A stretch of DNA of 57,051 nucleotides, filler included, from Sphacelaria rigidula (Eukaryota): NCBI GenBank assembly GCA_964200075.2. It is 5 parts of 5 records of this genome, joined end to end, with 100 filler letters (N's around TTAATTAATTAA, not from the genome) between each part and the next. Parts side by side here need not be neighbours in the genome. Positions count along the whole stretch, not along the records: positions 22,863 to 34,192 come from CAXNAA020005052.1; positions 34,293 to 45,622 come from CAXNAA020005053.1; 3 more parts are not named here. One strand, 5' to 3'. Position 1 is the first letter of the stretch, and each line of letters opens with the position of its first letter. The notes beneath the pieces were generated by a model. The model made no database searches, was not told the origin of the DNA, and saw only the letters and a list, made by a program, of their open reading frames with translations. Positions 23,126 through 36,200 of the stretch are shown one piece after another. The translations under genes and the position numbers were made by a program.

Positions 23126-23644
23126 TCAAGATGGTGCATTGATGTCGTGTGTACCGTCGATATTGCGCTGAAGACCGCGGCTTGGGCGGTGTGACTTGAA
23201 GCGTTGTAGGCACCGGGAACCGTCGTAGTCACCTTTAGGAAGCGGTTGTTGTTGTGCGCGAATCTTTTCGTCCCCTTGTTTGGTGGGTACGAGTTCGTAA
23301 CCGTCGGCTACATAACGTAGTCCTTTGTCGCGGTGTAGTTCGTGGGCGGCAGCACCCCGTCTCATGTTGCGGTATCCCTTGATGTCAACGAGCTGTTGCT
23401 GTGGGGATTGCGTCCAAAAGAGAAGGACAGCACGACTGTGCAGGTGAAGGTCGGACTTGCGTGCCCAAGACGCACGCCGAAGACCTTGCCAGTGTGTCTT
23501 GTACATAACAGCAACTTTGCCGCCAGGACCTCGGGTGATTTGGTGGCCGGAAATGTGGGACACGGCCAAGCGGAGAGGTTGTTCAGTCACGTCATCAGTG
23601 GTAACGTGGTATGGTGGAGATTTTGTTGAGTAGCTGTTGAGCAC
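23126..23644 (-). pseudogene. Gypsy B integrase C-terminal extension with a chromodomain-like segment
   Basis: LAVSHISGHQITRGPGGKVAVMYKTHWQGLRRASWARKSDL follows the V..I..H...Y...W.G....W...L spacing. Confidence 0.6.
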
Positions 23645-23704
23645 GTATTGAGTGAGACCTGCAGGCAGGTATTAAGGCATGTCAGTAGTGTCATGCGGGT
23701 TCGT

Positions 23705-24860
23705 TCAAGGCTTGCAACGATGCACAGAGACGCGAGATTTAGCGTCATGTCCCTGGAGGTCACGAGGTAAATTGAGGTAGATGAGTTTGTCGCCAACAGG
23801 CTTGCCGTCAGGAGACGTCGGCGAGGGTCCGACTATGAGAATCTTGAATGGACCCGTCCAATTGAGGGACAGATTGGTCTTCAAGACTGTTGCCTGGGCA
23901 GTGCGATCAGCGCCTTGACGGATGGAAGACAAACTGTTGTAGATCCAGACCCAATCGCCGACTTTCCAAGTAGGGCGTTTGTGCATCAAGTTGTGGAGGG
24001 CGGTATTGGATCTTTCAAGGCGGGAGGCGTTGATAGCGTGTTGTTCGCGCACCAAAGTGAAAGCCTTGCGCTGACGAGCCCTGACAAGGTCGTGGTAGGA
24101 TAGCTGATCCTGTTCCAGACCTTGGTGACCATCGAAGGTATGTCTTTCGAAAACGGTGATGGGCAGACGAGGGTAGCGTCCAAGATGCAGCTTGTTGGGC
24201 GAGAGGCCGGTAGCCGCGTTAACCGATTTGTTGTAAGACAGCATGACATGCGAAAGATGAAGGTCCCGGTCATTCTGACGGTCGTTTACGACCATGGATA
24301 GCATTTGAGTCATCGTGTGGTTCACACGTTCAGTACCACCGTTACCGTTAGGGTGGTAGGCGCTCGTGGCACTTTTGCGAATGCCGAGGAGCTTGTACAA
24401 AGCATCCGAGAGTTCGGAGCAAAAATGTTGACCATTGTCGGAGAGGAGCCGTTGTGGGCAGCCATAGTGCTTAATGTAGTCATGGACTAGAATGTCCGCT
24501 GTCGCGGCAGCAGTGAAATCGCTAGCAGTAACAGCGTACATAGCCGCGTGGCGGCTGAAGCGATCGGTGAAGAGCAGAATGTAGGTATTACCACGGTCAG
24601 TGGGGGGTAAAGGGCCGAAGTAGTCAAACGATACGAAGTGGCCAGGAGCGTTTGGAAGCTCCATGGAAATCACCGGCCATCGTATAGTCTATCGAGAGGT
24701 TTTGCGAGCCTGACATTTGAAACATGGCCGAATCCAAAAACGCATGGATGCTTCTATGCCAATCCACCAATAAAAGCGTTCGAGGAGCGCTAACGTGCGC
24801 GTGACGCCTAAGTGGCAGGACAAGTCAGAGTGGCAGTCTTTCATGACGCACGGACGCATC
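23705..24860 (-). pseudogene. Gypsy B integrase (H2C2, DDE, GPF motif)
   Basis: CHSDLSCHLGVTRT...FKCQARK; SFDYFGPLP...FTDRFSR...LLSDNGQHF...HPNGNGGTERVN; WTGPFKI. Confidence 0.93.
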
Positions 24861-25849
24861 ATGATAGGGACATAGATGCGGATAGGGGCGTCCGGATGCA
24901 CATGTGCCGGAGTGGCAGTTGTTACGGCGGCAGTCGTGCCCAAAGGGGTCTTGGATCGGCGAACAAGCAAATGAACGCCATCGTCGGTCGTGAAGATAGT
25001 ACCTTTGCGTGCAAACTCAAGCACGTCAGAGACGGTGGGGGCGGGTAGGGTGCCCACGGGGGTCAGGATCTCAGCTGGGAAAGGGGTGGGGCAGGTAAGC
25101 CGTAAGTGCCGCATTGTCGCGCGACAGAGCGGTTCCTGTTGTTGGTCGCGAGCCCGATCGCGGTGAGAGTAACTAGCGAGAAATTCGCGAAGTTGTCCTT
25201 CAGCCGGAGAGCCAATGAAACATGGTGGCTCAGGAGTGGGCTGCACAGGTGAAGAAGCAGCGGTGCCGACGTCAACATTTTGATCCGGAAGCGGGCCTGA
25301 CGCATGTGGATCGCGACTCAGAGGCGCAGGCGCGGGGAGATTTCCAGAAGGTGGCGTGGGGGTAGCGCGAATTGGTGAACGCGATCGGCGCGTTGGGCGC
25401 ATAAGGGGCGCGGACTTTGTCGGTGCAACACTGGGTACGCGGCCGGTTGTGGTAGGCGTTTCGCGGCCCATGGGGGCACGAGGCAGCGGCGGCGACGCAG
25501 TGCCAAAAGCGGCCGGCGGCGGTAGTGGTGGCACGGCACGCGAAGAATTTGCACGAGCTGCCGACGGAGACCGTGTGTTGTCGGAGATGAGGTGAACAGT
25601 TGGTGGTGGCGGTGCCGAGATGTTCGCGCGGGTGCCGAAAGTGCGGAAGTCGGCAAAATCAGCAGCTGTGGGCGCTAAGTCATCCAAAACTGCATCAGGG
25701 GGCAGGGGGCGGGGGCCCCCCATGTGCAGACCTGTTTCAGGGTATTGCAAGTCAAGCGCGTAGATGCGCGTAGCATAACGCCGAATGGGGTAGACGCCTG
25801 GTTCGTCGGGTGCAGCCAAGCGGCAAGCGGGACTGAAATCTACCGCTGT

Positions 25850-27200
25850 AGGGGGCCGCAGCAATCGCGAAAGAAGGTCAGCATTGCCGTTGGTTTTGCC
25901 CGGACGGTGTTTGACAGTGTACTGGTAAGCAGTCAAGAACTCCAGCCACCGTTGTACGCGAGGGTTATATTCTCCAACCGTAGCAAGTTGTTTAAGAGCT
26001 CCATGATCTGTACAGATGTGGAAAGGCACGTGGAACAAGTACTGTCGAAGCCGTTTAATAGCCCAAGTTATGACTCCGCCTTCAAGTTCGACTGGACTCT
26101 AGTTTGCCTCGTTTCGGAGGGTCGCGCGGCTGATGTACAGAATAGGTCGGACAGAGCCATCCAGTTGAGGCTGATTCAAAACGGCGCCGAATCCGTCTGT
26201 GCTAGCATCAGTGTGTAATTGGAAAAGACGTGAGCCGTCTTGTACCGGATCCCAATCCGGAAAACAAAGAACCGGTTTTTCGGTTAGTGTTTTGAGCTAT
26301 TCGCGGACGGTAGCTTCCGTTTCTGTAGTGAAAACAAACGGAGCGTTTCTCTTCAACAAATCGGTGATGAGCCGGATCCGCTTGGACAAGTTGGGCAAAC
26401 ATTTGCAATAGTAAGAAGGTCTGTCCAACGGCGAGCGAAGCTGCAAAATGTTGGTAGGCATGGGCATATCAGTCATAACTTTGACTTTGTTCGTGTCTGG
26501 GTGCAATCCAGCAGAAGAGATAGAGTGTCCCAGAAAGTCCAATTCAGGCGTTCCGAGGTGAGCTTTGGATGGAGACAATTTTATGTCGTGTGTGCGCAGG
26601 CGGGAGAGGAATTCCTGTAGAGTGCGAACGTGCGCCTTGGAGAAAGCATCAAAAGCGATAGCATCGTCGAGATACATTATAACATGCTCGAGACCATCAG
26701 CGACGCGTTGCATGAGACGTTGAAAGCAGCCGGGTGCTCTGGCAGCGCCTTGTGGCATACGAAGCCATTCATAAGCCCTAAAGATGTACAGAACGCTGTC
26801 AAGGGAACTGTATCGGGGTGAATAGCATATTGGAATAGAAGACTTCGAAAGTGCTGAATCTATTTCCTTCGCCAAGAGAGTAGAAGACTTCGTCGATGCG
26901 GGGTATGGGAGTTTTCCCACGACAGTGACGCGATTCAGCCGTTTGTTTTTCACGGTCATGCGCATGTTGCCATCTTGTTTGGGGACGACCACGAAGGGTG
27001 AGGCCCATGGCGAAGACGAATGGTGAATCAGACCTGCTCCTAAGTATGCACCCAAAACAACATTGACCTTTTTGGTGAGGAGGAGATTCGTGCGATATGG
27101 TCGAGATGAGATTGGCGAAGCGCCAGGTTGCAGGGTGATCTCAAAAGGCAATATTTCACAATGCCCGAGATCCGTCTTGGACCGGGAAAATCTGTCCTGA
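25850..27200 (-). pseudogene. Gypsy B reverse transcriptase and RNase H
   Basis: SPWASPFVVVPKQDG; WLRMPQG; IMYLDDAI; DFLGH; TDHGAL; HRPGKTNGNADLLSR. Confidence 0.93.
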
Positions 27201-27463
27201 TATTCTAAGAGAACATCTTGTAACTATTGAGTGACAGCGGGCTCCCAGCGCGGATCATGTAGGTCGAAATGGATATCACGCAAAAATGCGGCGGAAGTTG
27301 GTGCCACATATTCAGGAAGTGTTCTCGAGACTCGACCGATAAGCGTTGAAGCAATTCATCAGGAGGTTTAGCAGGTGGTCGGTTGGGTTCTACCGCAGAA
27401 ATCCGAGTCGGGGGTGAGGGGGATAGATCAAAGTATGGCTCGTCAACGCAGTGAGCATAACCA

Positions 27464-28588
27464 TCAGTCGGCGGTGCGGGACCAGGCGCCGGAGGGTCGG
27501 CCACACAGGTATCCAGAGGAAAGAATGTGCCGCGGCGATGCCCAAGACATTGCTAGGTGGCCCGTGAGAGGCAGGAGTTGTTCGCCGTTTGAGACGAAAT
27601 GCTCAGTGCCAGCGGGCGCACCAACTCTAGGCAGCAATTCCGCAAGGTAGTGGTCATTGAGGGCAGGCATACCGTTGCGGCGAACAAGCAAAACTTCCAA
27701 GAGTTGAGGCTCGTCGGAAAGGGTGACGCCAGAACTGCCACTGTACCGAAGGTTGTAAGCCGCTCCGGTAGCGTGCTCATTCTTTTTGTAGGCTAAGGCA
27801 CCCCTGAGGGCACCAAAGTGTTGTAGTTGGAGTTCTCCACGAGGTGCCGACTGAGGCGATGATGGGGGGAAGGTTCGGTACGTACGTTGGTAGTACCGCA
27901 TGTTGCTATCTCTGCCGAGGAGGAGAGCATGATGTATGGTGCCATCCGGGACGATGTAAGCCCAGACTGCGAGACGAGCCGAACGTGTATCATTGTGAAA
28001 AAAATGCACACCAAGACGATCGGATTTTCGTGTCGTCAAAGGCGTGTTGGAGTCACCGAAACCGCCCCAAACGCGAGGTTGGGTGGTGATTTCGCAGACG
28101 TCGGAAGCAGCGCTAGTCTGCTTTATATGATTCCACATGGATTCCTTGATGAATGTCTGCGGACTACCGCTGTCTAACAACGAGACGCACGTGGCACGCG
28201 CGGTGCCGTAGGGGCCGCAGTGTAATGCTACGCGGGTAGTGAAGGAAGCAGGATCAACGGACACCTTACCACCGACAAGGTCGGGGCCATGTTCAGATAT
28301 CGTGAACTGATCAGGGTTAGTCGCACTGACCGTGAAGACGGATGGCGGGTGGTCCGTGGGGGGTCCAAGGGTATTGGTAGATGGCGCGGGGATGTGATTC
28401 GATCGTGCAGGGCAGGGTGGATCAGGATCTTGATCAACCTCGTAGATGGCGGGCTTGGAAAGACAAGGGTCATCGTTGAAGAGGGTTGGTTGTGAAGGGC
28501 CACGGGAATCATCAGTGGACGATGCGGTACAGTCTGAAAGGTCCGATTCGTTTTCCTCTTGGATGCCTGGCAATGTCATCGAGCTCAA
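27464..28588 (-). pseudogene. Gypsy B aspartic protease region
   Basis: SLLDSGSPQTFI...LLLGRD. Confidence 0.85.
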
Positions 28589-29339
28589 AGTCGCCGCCTT
28601 TTTCAGAGAATGAGGTCGGAATTTTCCGCTGACGGGAGGGGACGTGTCGATGCGCGCGCCTCCTGGGGGACATGACGACTAGGGTTCCTCTCGTAACGTG
28701 ACAAATGACTGGGAACGTCCAAGACTTCTTGGGAAACTGCAACTGCGTCCAGTTGAGGTGATGTTGTCAGCATCGGGGCATGCTCGACCGAAACTTGTGG
28801 ACTGTCCGCTGGCAAGCTCGGTACGAAGGGCACTGCCAAAGGTGAAAGGGGACGAGTGTTGTCCGCTGTATGTCGGCGTAGTTTCGCGGCAGAAGAGCGG
28901 CGCGAAAAACGACTGCGATCAGGCTGGGTAGGAGTCGAAGGGTTTGAAGTGATCAGCTTCGAACCATCAACACCAGAACCAGTCGAAGGGAGTCTGCTAC
29001 AGCCGGTGCGTGCGGTCGTTGAGGGAAGCCTGTGCCTCAGAGGCCCGCGGTCGGCTTTCCCACACCTCGGATTTATACTCAGTTCCGGAGGACCAAGTCT
29101 GGAGCCAAGCATAGAGCTGGGTGGTGGGTCAACACAACGGTTACGCTGTGTGTATGAAGATAAAGAAGGGGGTCGAGAAGAGCTGCCGTCATTAGATCTC
29201 CTACATAGTGTTGGAGAGTTTGGGTGAGATGGTTTTGTCACCCAAGTGGCGGTGTGTGTTGAATGAGTCTTCGATTCTGCTATCGGCGGCGACGAAGACT
29301 TCACGCCGTCGTCGGCATGTCATGGATCGTTGCGATCCG

Positions 29340-30700
29340 TCATGAAAGAACCAGTGTTTCTGGCATTGGGATTTGAGTTATCGTGAGTCGGCTCCATTCG
29401 CTGGTGATGATCATACGAATATTGATAAGGGCGGAAAGAGCTATCTCTATGGCGACTACCTGAGATGGTGTTGGTGGTGTGGCGGCGGTCGCGATTTGAG
29501 CGAGGGTCGCTATGATTGTGGTAAGGCTGACGATGGTGGCGAGACGGTGGGTGATTCTCGCGCATGCGTTTTTGCCATCGGCGCCACGCCGGCCTGTTCT
29601 CTGAAGCGCAGGGTTCATGAGCGAAAAGGTATTGATGCAAGATTCGGGGCAGTCACGCATACTGTGGCCAGTACCATTGCAGTTGATGCAGCTGTTAGCA
29701 TGGCGACGAAAAGCATCCTTGCGAGCCGAAGGCGAACGCAAGGGGATCCAGGAATGTGGGTCATCTGTGATAAAAGCAGTTGTGGACACGACATAGACGT
29801 CATCAAAAGTATCTTCCGAAAAAGGCCGAGCGTCAAAGCTTGCCCGGAACGGATTCCTTTTGTTAGCAACAGGCATGACCGATCCACCGACAGCGTTGGG
29901 TGTCCAAGTATTACTGGACAAAGGGTGAGTGCGTCCACGAGACCCGGGGGTACTCGTGGATGAGGCACGCAAGGTCTGCGAAGACCCAGGAGAACACTGT
30001 GTGCCGCGAATGGCAGGCGTTAAATAATGTTCTTGATCCATAAACGCAGTCCATATCGCGTCTACGGAGGTGTAAGGAACCTCTTTGTGCGCCAAAGCGC
30101 CCGGCAACAGAGACGACATCAGCGTCGGAAATTGCTGAGCGGTACTATCGCGAACATGTGTCTGACACATAGCATCACTAGGGCTATTCTGTCGGCCAGT
30201 ACTAATCACACTAGATACCAAAAGCTTGAAATCGCGTAGGCAATCAGCAAAGGGTATATCCGTCGCCACAGCGAAGGAGCTGAGGCGTTTTGTGGCGCCG
30301 GCCCGGTCGGACTTATCAAAATAACTTATGATACGCCTTTCCAAAGTGCCGAATAGTAGCGGTGCTCTTTGCCCGCCGGCACAATCTTGATCCATTGCTT
30401 GGAAGAAGGAGTCGAGAGTCTGCGTCAAGGAAGCAGCGACATCAGGGGAGCGACTGCTGATTGAGCGATGCAAAGCGTTATGTCACGGAGTTTGCCATCC
30501 ATCAATTCAGTCGGAGTCTTCGAAACGTTGTTGTCCAGTTGCATCGGCCAACTCGAGAATATTGCGCATAGTTCGACGCATTGGGGAAATGAGAACGGAT
30601 GTAAACTGCCCAGAGCTTTCATTATCTGCACCAGGCATGGTTTTGATATGCCAGAATTTCTTAACATCCATCTGTAAGTACTCCCGCTTGATCGCAGCGA
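29340..30700 (-). pseudogene. Gypsy B gag with CCHC zinc knuckle
   Basis: CINCNGTGHSMRDC in ORF 29340-30473; position upstream of the protease. Confidence 0.82.
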
Positions 30701-32959
30701 CACGAGATGCTTCTCTACGAGTATCGGAAGCGGCTTTATCAGCGGCAGCTTGTTGTTTGGCTGCGGCGGCGGCAGCTAGTGACCAAACCGAGTTAGAAGG
30801 CAGTGGGCGAGCCGAATTGTCACTATCACTATCTGTGAGACCTAAACGGCGAGCAGACGCAGCTGTTGAAGGAGGCGTTACTTGCCTGACGGCCGATGAT
30901 GGCCGTACGGATCGCGTTGAGGCGTGGTGGCGGTGCCGGGCAGTCGATGAACTTGAAGACTGATTACCAGACCGTTTGTGGCTGCCCCGGGTTGTGTGTC
31001 GGTCGTTGTTGGTGCGGTGGGCGCCTTGACCACGGCGTGGTGCGGCCCCGGGAGGGTCATCGTCAGAGTCGTCATCATCACGACGGCGACGAAGGGTGGG
31101 GTGTGATCCAGGCCCCATCATCGTCCGGTCGCAGCGTGTTATGAGCTGCACGCATAGTAGCGAAGAGGGCGACGACGGCTGTCTCTTAGCGGGACGAGTG
31201 TCCCCAGTACCAATCGTGACGTAGAGTACAATTCGTTCAATGGTGAAAGCTCCCGATTCGTTGTGCGGCAGCTGTTCCCCTTGCTGAAGGAAGGGGACGA
31301 TCACACTATTGATGGGCAGGGTAAGTGAGCGCCAACCCTGCTCGTAGGCGCGGAGAACGTTGGTGCTGTGATATTTGCCCGAAAGTTGGCGTAGCGTCCA
31401 GGAAAGCCAAGAACGTTCGCTGCCCTGGAGGCGGAGTCAAGGTGTGAGGGCAGGAGGCGCCGAAGCCTGAAGGCCCTGCGGTGGCGATGGCGGGGTGCGC
31501 GCAGGCGAGGCTGTAGGAGCCGCAGCAGCAGCGTGTGGACGCGAGGGCTGGCTTGCTTCCGCCGAGCCGGAAATGGTGGCAGAAGGTGCAAGCGCTGGCT
31601 CGCTCGCCGTTGTCCTCAGAAGAGGAAGGTGGCGCTCCTGTTCTGGAGAGCGTAGAGCCGTGGTGGCAGTCTCCGTGGCCGTGGTGCATTGACGCAAATG
31701 ATGTTCGTCGCGTCGAATGAAGTCGCGCATCTGATCGAACGCAGCGAGGTGTTCAGTTAGAGTCCATTGAGCCGCCCGCTGGCGGCAGGTCGCCGAATCG
31801 ACCACCTGTCGTTGGCGCGTCAGACGTACTGCGAGGTCGTCATGGAGAAGACGATGGTCAGTGTCACCCACCGTTTGGCGGGGTGAAGGCGGCGCAGGGT
31901 GCGTGGCCGGGTGCAGAGTGCGGTATTCCTCGAGAATCTTCTCCTGATCGGAGCGGGTTCCACGCAACCAGAGTCGGGGAAGAAGGCCTGGCGGGCAATG
32001 CTCGACGCCCAACAGGGGGCGGTCGTCCGTGAAAGCATCGGGTGTAGACACCGCAGCCGGACTTGTGGCAGGAGTATCCTGCGGCGAAGGGTCCGATCCC
32101 GCCGGAGCGGCCGTAACAGGGGTGTCACCCGGATCCGCCGTGGAGCCGCAGTTGCCACCGCGCGGAGAGCGGGGGGCGTGACACAGTTGCTTTCAGCATC
32201 CGTATCGTGGTCTGCAGGCGCAGTAAGTGTAGGGGCTGCGATGGGAGCGGTAGTCGTACGTGCCGGGGTGTCAGCCATGACGGGAGCGGAGCGCAGGTAT
32301 CGACGGAGATCTGCGATTTGTCGTTCCACCGCACGCACAGTGGCAGCATCAGGGTTGGGCGGAAGAGCACGGTTAGTGCGGCGTTCGTTTCGCAAAGGTG
32401 CATGAGTATCAGGCAGCCTCTGCAGCAAAGGTGCAGTCGTGAACCCACGCGAGTCTGATCGACAGATTTGGGTTGTGAGGATCCCGTGGTCGATGATAGT
32501 CCTGAAAGCAATGCACGTACGTCATAAACATGAGTGGTACGATTACTATGGTGGACAGTGTCGTCACCATCCATATCCAAATCAAAGGGAACATCTGAGA
32601 TCGAACGTTCATCATCATGATCTGCAGTGGCTGGTAAAGAGGCCTGATGATTCACGCTACTGTCAAAGTAACCATGATCTGAGGACGTTGAATGTTGAAC
32701 GGCTGTGTGAAACGAGGCCACAAGTGCTTGTGAAAGGGCAGTTGTCGCCGGGCCGTCAGAAATGACAGCCGGTGATGAACGGAGCAAGTGTTCGAGAGCC
32801 GTGACTGAAGGCAGGTGCCCTGTGGAAGGCTCTTCTGAGCGTCCAAGACGCGAGGAGGATGTTCGGCGCCAGGGCTGGTAAACAGAAGTGTCCTCACGAT
32901 ACATGTCGTGTCGTCGCGGGCGCTGTAAGGCATCGGAACCCTTGTGCGAGGTACCGAAA

Positions 32960-33370
32960 ACGTCGGAAGGCATGGACGGATGCCGTTCGTCAATGCCGCG
33001 AGCGCGGAGTGAGTCCATAACCACCGGCAGAAGCCTGAGGCGGTGTGTATTTCACAACAGTGGCAACGCGTGGCGACTCGTCAGACATGTTGGAACCCCG
33101 AGACGGTGCTCGTTGCACAACTGAGCGAGCGCGTAGCGACTCATCGATCATGTTAGAACGCCGAGACGGTGTGCGTTTCACGACAGAGCGAGCGCGGAGC
33201 GACTCGTCGACCATGTTGGAAGTCTTGGACAGTGGACGGTCCGCGACAGAGCGAGCGCGGAGCGACGCGTCGATCATGTCGGGAGTCTTGGACGGTGTGC
33301 GTTTCGCAACAGAGCGAGCGCGCAGCGACTCGTCGATCATGTTGAAAGTCTTGGATAAATGGCGGTCGTG
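32960..33370. repeat. 60-bp tandem repeat (~6 units) encoding a 20-aa unit
   Basis: NMIDESLRARSVVKRTPSRR-like units on the minus strand; open on both strands. Confidence 0.9.
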
Positions 33371-33523
33371 GTCACCAGTAGGAGCCAAGTCTTGAGACGT
33401 GTAGTCGCCAGAGTGGAGGGCCGAAGCTCTGTCGGCTTTTACTTCTTCGTGTACAGGGGAAGTAAGAGTGAACGGGTTTGGAGAAATTGATGAAAGAAAA
33501 TGCTGACGGCGTAAATATTCGTA

Positions 33524-33766
33524 GACAATTCCTACGATAGCCCCCACCAAAAAAGTGCATGATTTTGGAAGGCAACATCTTCACGTAAATCGAAATGGGA
33601 AAGGCCGAGCACAAGGAGCAGCTGGGAATTCCCACCTTTGGGTTCGTTCTAGCCAATGTCACCAATATGAGGCGTTTCATGCAGCCTGAACCCAAACATT
33701 AGGCGCTTTATTGCCATTTTGTGACACTTTTGGCTGGTTTTGGGGGGGGCTGTCGTAGAAAGTGTC
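33524..33766. mobile_element. MITE family C, complete 243-bp copy
   Basis: TIRs gacaattcctacgatagccccc and gggggctgtcgtagaaagtgtc; flanks cgta and ggta (4-bp TSD with one mismatch). Confidence 0.82.
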
Positions 33767-34056
33767 GGTAAGGAGGAAGGGCCGAGTGGAGAGTTATTTT
33801 CTTCGGTTGTGCCATATTAAATTGAAAAGGTAGAGATGGACACGAAACACCAGAGTACAATAGGCTAGTGTATCAAAAGCCGGTAGCGCGAGTTTGAAAT
33901 GCAAGTACCGAAAAATTGGGCAGTAAAGACCACAAAATTCATGAAGGCGGGTATACCGAAGTACAGTAAAGTGCTGTGATAATACAATCAGCGTAATGTC
34001 GGCAATATCAAATTGCCGAAAAGGCAGTAGAGAAAAACGGATGAATAACTGAAGCT

Positions 34057-34192
34057 GACACTTTCAACATAGCCCCCCCCCCAAACGTGCATGGTTTTTG
34101 GAGGCAATATCTTCACATAAATCGAAATGGAAAAAGCCGAGCACAACGAGAAGCTGGGAATTCCCACGCTTGGGTTTGTTCTAGCCAATGTC
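34057..34192. mobile_element. MITE family C, left half at the contig end
   Basis: Colinear with 33524-33660. Confidence 0.82.
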
Positions 34193-34292
34193 NNNNNNNN
34201 NNNNNNNNNNNNNNNNNNNNNNNNNNNNNNNNNNNNTTAATTAATTAANNNNNNNNNNNNNNNNNNNNNNNNNNNNNNNNNNNNNNNNNNNN
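34193..34292. other. Artificial contig spacer
   Basis: N44-TTAATTAATTAA-N44. Confidence 0.98.
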
Positions 34293-34583
34293 CCGCTGTC
34301 GCCCTGCACAGCGATATGACCGCACAAGTTACATCCTTATATCCTCTCTATTCGTGTGCAACTCGCTGATACCGCAATCGTCGCCGTGCGATCGCGGGGC
34401 AACATCTCGTGGGCACTGCTACAAACGGGATGTCGCATGAGGCCACCCGTCCACGCGTGATGCATGCAGCAGGAAATAAGAGCCAGTGTCACTAAAGCAC
34501 AGGCCGTGCTACACGTCGTAGCATGGAATTTGCGCTACCTAATCCTAACTCATATGAGCACTACAGCATATGTTCCGAGGGGG

Positions 34584-35209
34584 TGTTACAATACCATCAG
34601 TCAACCTGTACTCACGAAGACGTAATCTCTACAGACTATACTGCACCAACTACAGCAGTGTCAGAGAGCAGTCATGCTTAACATGAGGGAGCAATGTCAA
34701 CCTCGGGTCGTCTTCAACTCGCAGCAAACAAACACGGGGGATCATAAGTGCACGGTGGACATGAGTTACTGTAGCATGGCGACATGCGCCTATGCATGGT
34801 ACGGCGCACCGCACAGCAGCAAAGATGTTGCACCCTCTATATATGCCTACTCTTCGCCGCACTCATGGCCTACCTCGTACAGTAGAGGCGGCATGCCGTC
34901 AGAGTACGCGGACCACAGGCGATCATTGCATTGCATTGTCGCCGCAGCCGCGACGTACATATATCAAACAATGACTGCTTCTCAACCACGCAGCGACATA
35001 CCTTCTCGCCCCCTCCCGCTGAGATATGCGTGCTCAACCTCTGTAGTGCCAGTTATCCGGGCTGATGTGAAGGCCTCTTCTCCAAACTCGTCTGTTCCCT
35101 TCTGCATCATATGTTAAGCCTTGGAGCATGACCGTCTCAAAGTATTTTGCCGTTTCGGATTATTTATATGATGAACACACCGCCTCCATAATATTGAAAA
35201 GGAATAACA
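34584..35209 (+). repeat. Putative 3' LTR preceded by a polypurine tract
   Basis: gaggggg immediately before TGTTA; candidate end TAACA; internal TATA-like motifs. Right boundary unconfirmed. Confidence 0.45.
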
Positions 35210-35279
35210 CTGTTTCGTTCTTTGTCATAACCCTGCGGTTACATACATACGCGGGTTTTCACCAACACGTCACTGTCCC

Positions 35280-35955
35280 GTGCAGACGCCCATTCACGTC
35301 ATTCCTGACCAGCCTCATTGGTCGTTCTGGAGTTCAGGTCCCAAAAGGGTGAAGTATGTCGGTGTGACCTGTAGATCCATTTGGTGACGCAAGGCACCGC
35401 CGCTGGATGGAGGAAAAAACGAAAAAAATGTACTGCACGATGTATCACCTCACCGACGGAGGAAAAAGAGAAGGAATCCGCCGGGATTCAAACTCGTGAT
35501 CTCCATAACTAGAGCTCGGAAATGGTACCAGTTATAACCGACCGTTATCGTTATAATGGTAATAAATAATATTAACGCTTGTATGCAAATTTTGGATAAT
35601 GGTTTCGAACCATTATTCACCGCTACCGGCTTCATTCACCGTTACCGACTACCTATGCTTCATACAGTCCTTGAAAACTGTCATAAATTAAATGCTCTAG
35701 TGCAGCCAAATCGCGTACAAATGTGCCTCCGGCACGGCAGGGCTTTCCGAGGGCGTCTCCGGCGGACCTCCTTCTGCCGGGGGGGGGGCTCTTTGGTTCG
35801 CGGTTGCACCCATGATCAAATCAATATGTACCATTTAACTGGTCTGGTTTATGAGTGCGCTACGCGTAACCATTCAACTGGTGCAGGGTTATAGATGAAC
35901 CATTTCCGACCTCTATCCATACGTGGAGTCTACTGTACCACTTGGATGAAGGCGC
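35280..35955 (-). mobile_element. tRNA-headed SINE-like element, interrupted by a hAT-like MITE
   Basis: With the MITE removed, the minus strand reads caagtggtacagtagactccacgtatggagatcacgagtttgaatcccggcgg (A and B box spacing). 3' boundary approximate. Confidence 0.45.
35510..35915. mobile_element. hAT-like MITE (406 bp)
   Basis: TIRs tagagctcggaaatggt and accatttccgacctcta; 8-bp flanks tccataac and tccatacg. Confidence 0.78.
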
Positions 35956-35960
35956 GTAGC

Positions 35961-36200
35961 GGTGTCACACAAAAAGTGCCCTGCTGCTCCCAACTTGGGG
36001 TATTTTTGGCCTAAATCACACCAGGATCTCCTGCACACACGTACGCACGACACGCCGAGGGATGCCGACGTATTTCTTGATTTTCACGGTGTTTTGTCAT
36101 TTTTCCAGTTTTTGCAGAAACTTCAAACCGCTCTAACTTTCCGTGTTTTTTTTCTTCGTTGCATCCCCCGGAAGGTTGCACGGTTCGGACGAATCAGACT
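35961..36200. repeat. Dispersed repeat; second diverged copy at ~44783-45010
   Basis: Shared acacaaaaagtgc...tattttt...tttttgc(a/t)gaaacttcaa(a/c)ccgctctaactt...ggttgc(a/g)cgg. Confidence 0.6.

Larger units (their letters stand above)
23100..33520 (-). mobile_element. Large Ty3/gypsy retrotransposon B, internal region, decayed; LTRs not identified
   Basis: Complete domain order gag-PR-RT-RH-IN-chromo-like, broken by frameshifts and stops. Confidence 0.93.
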
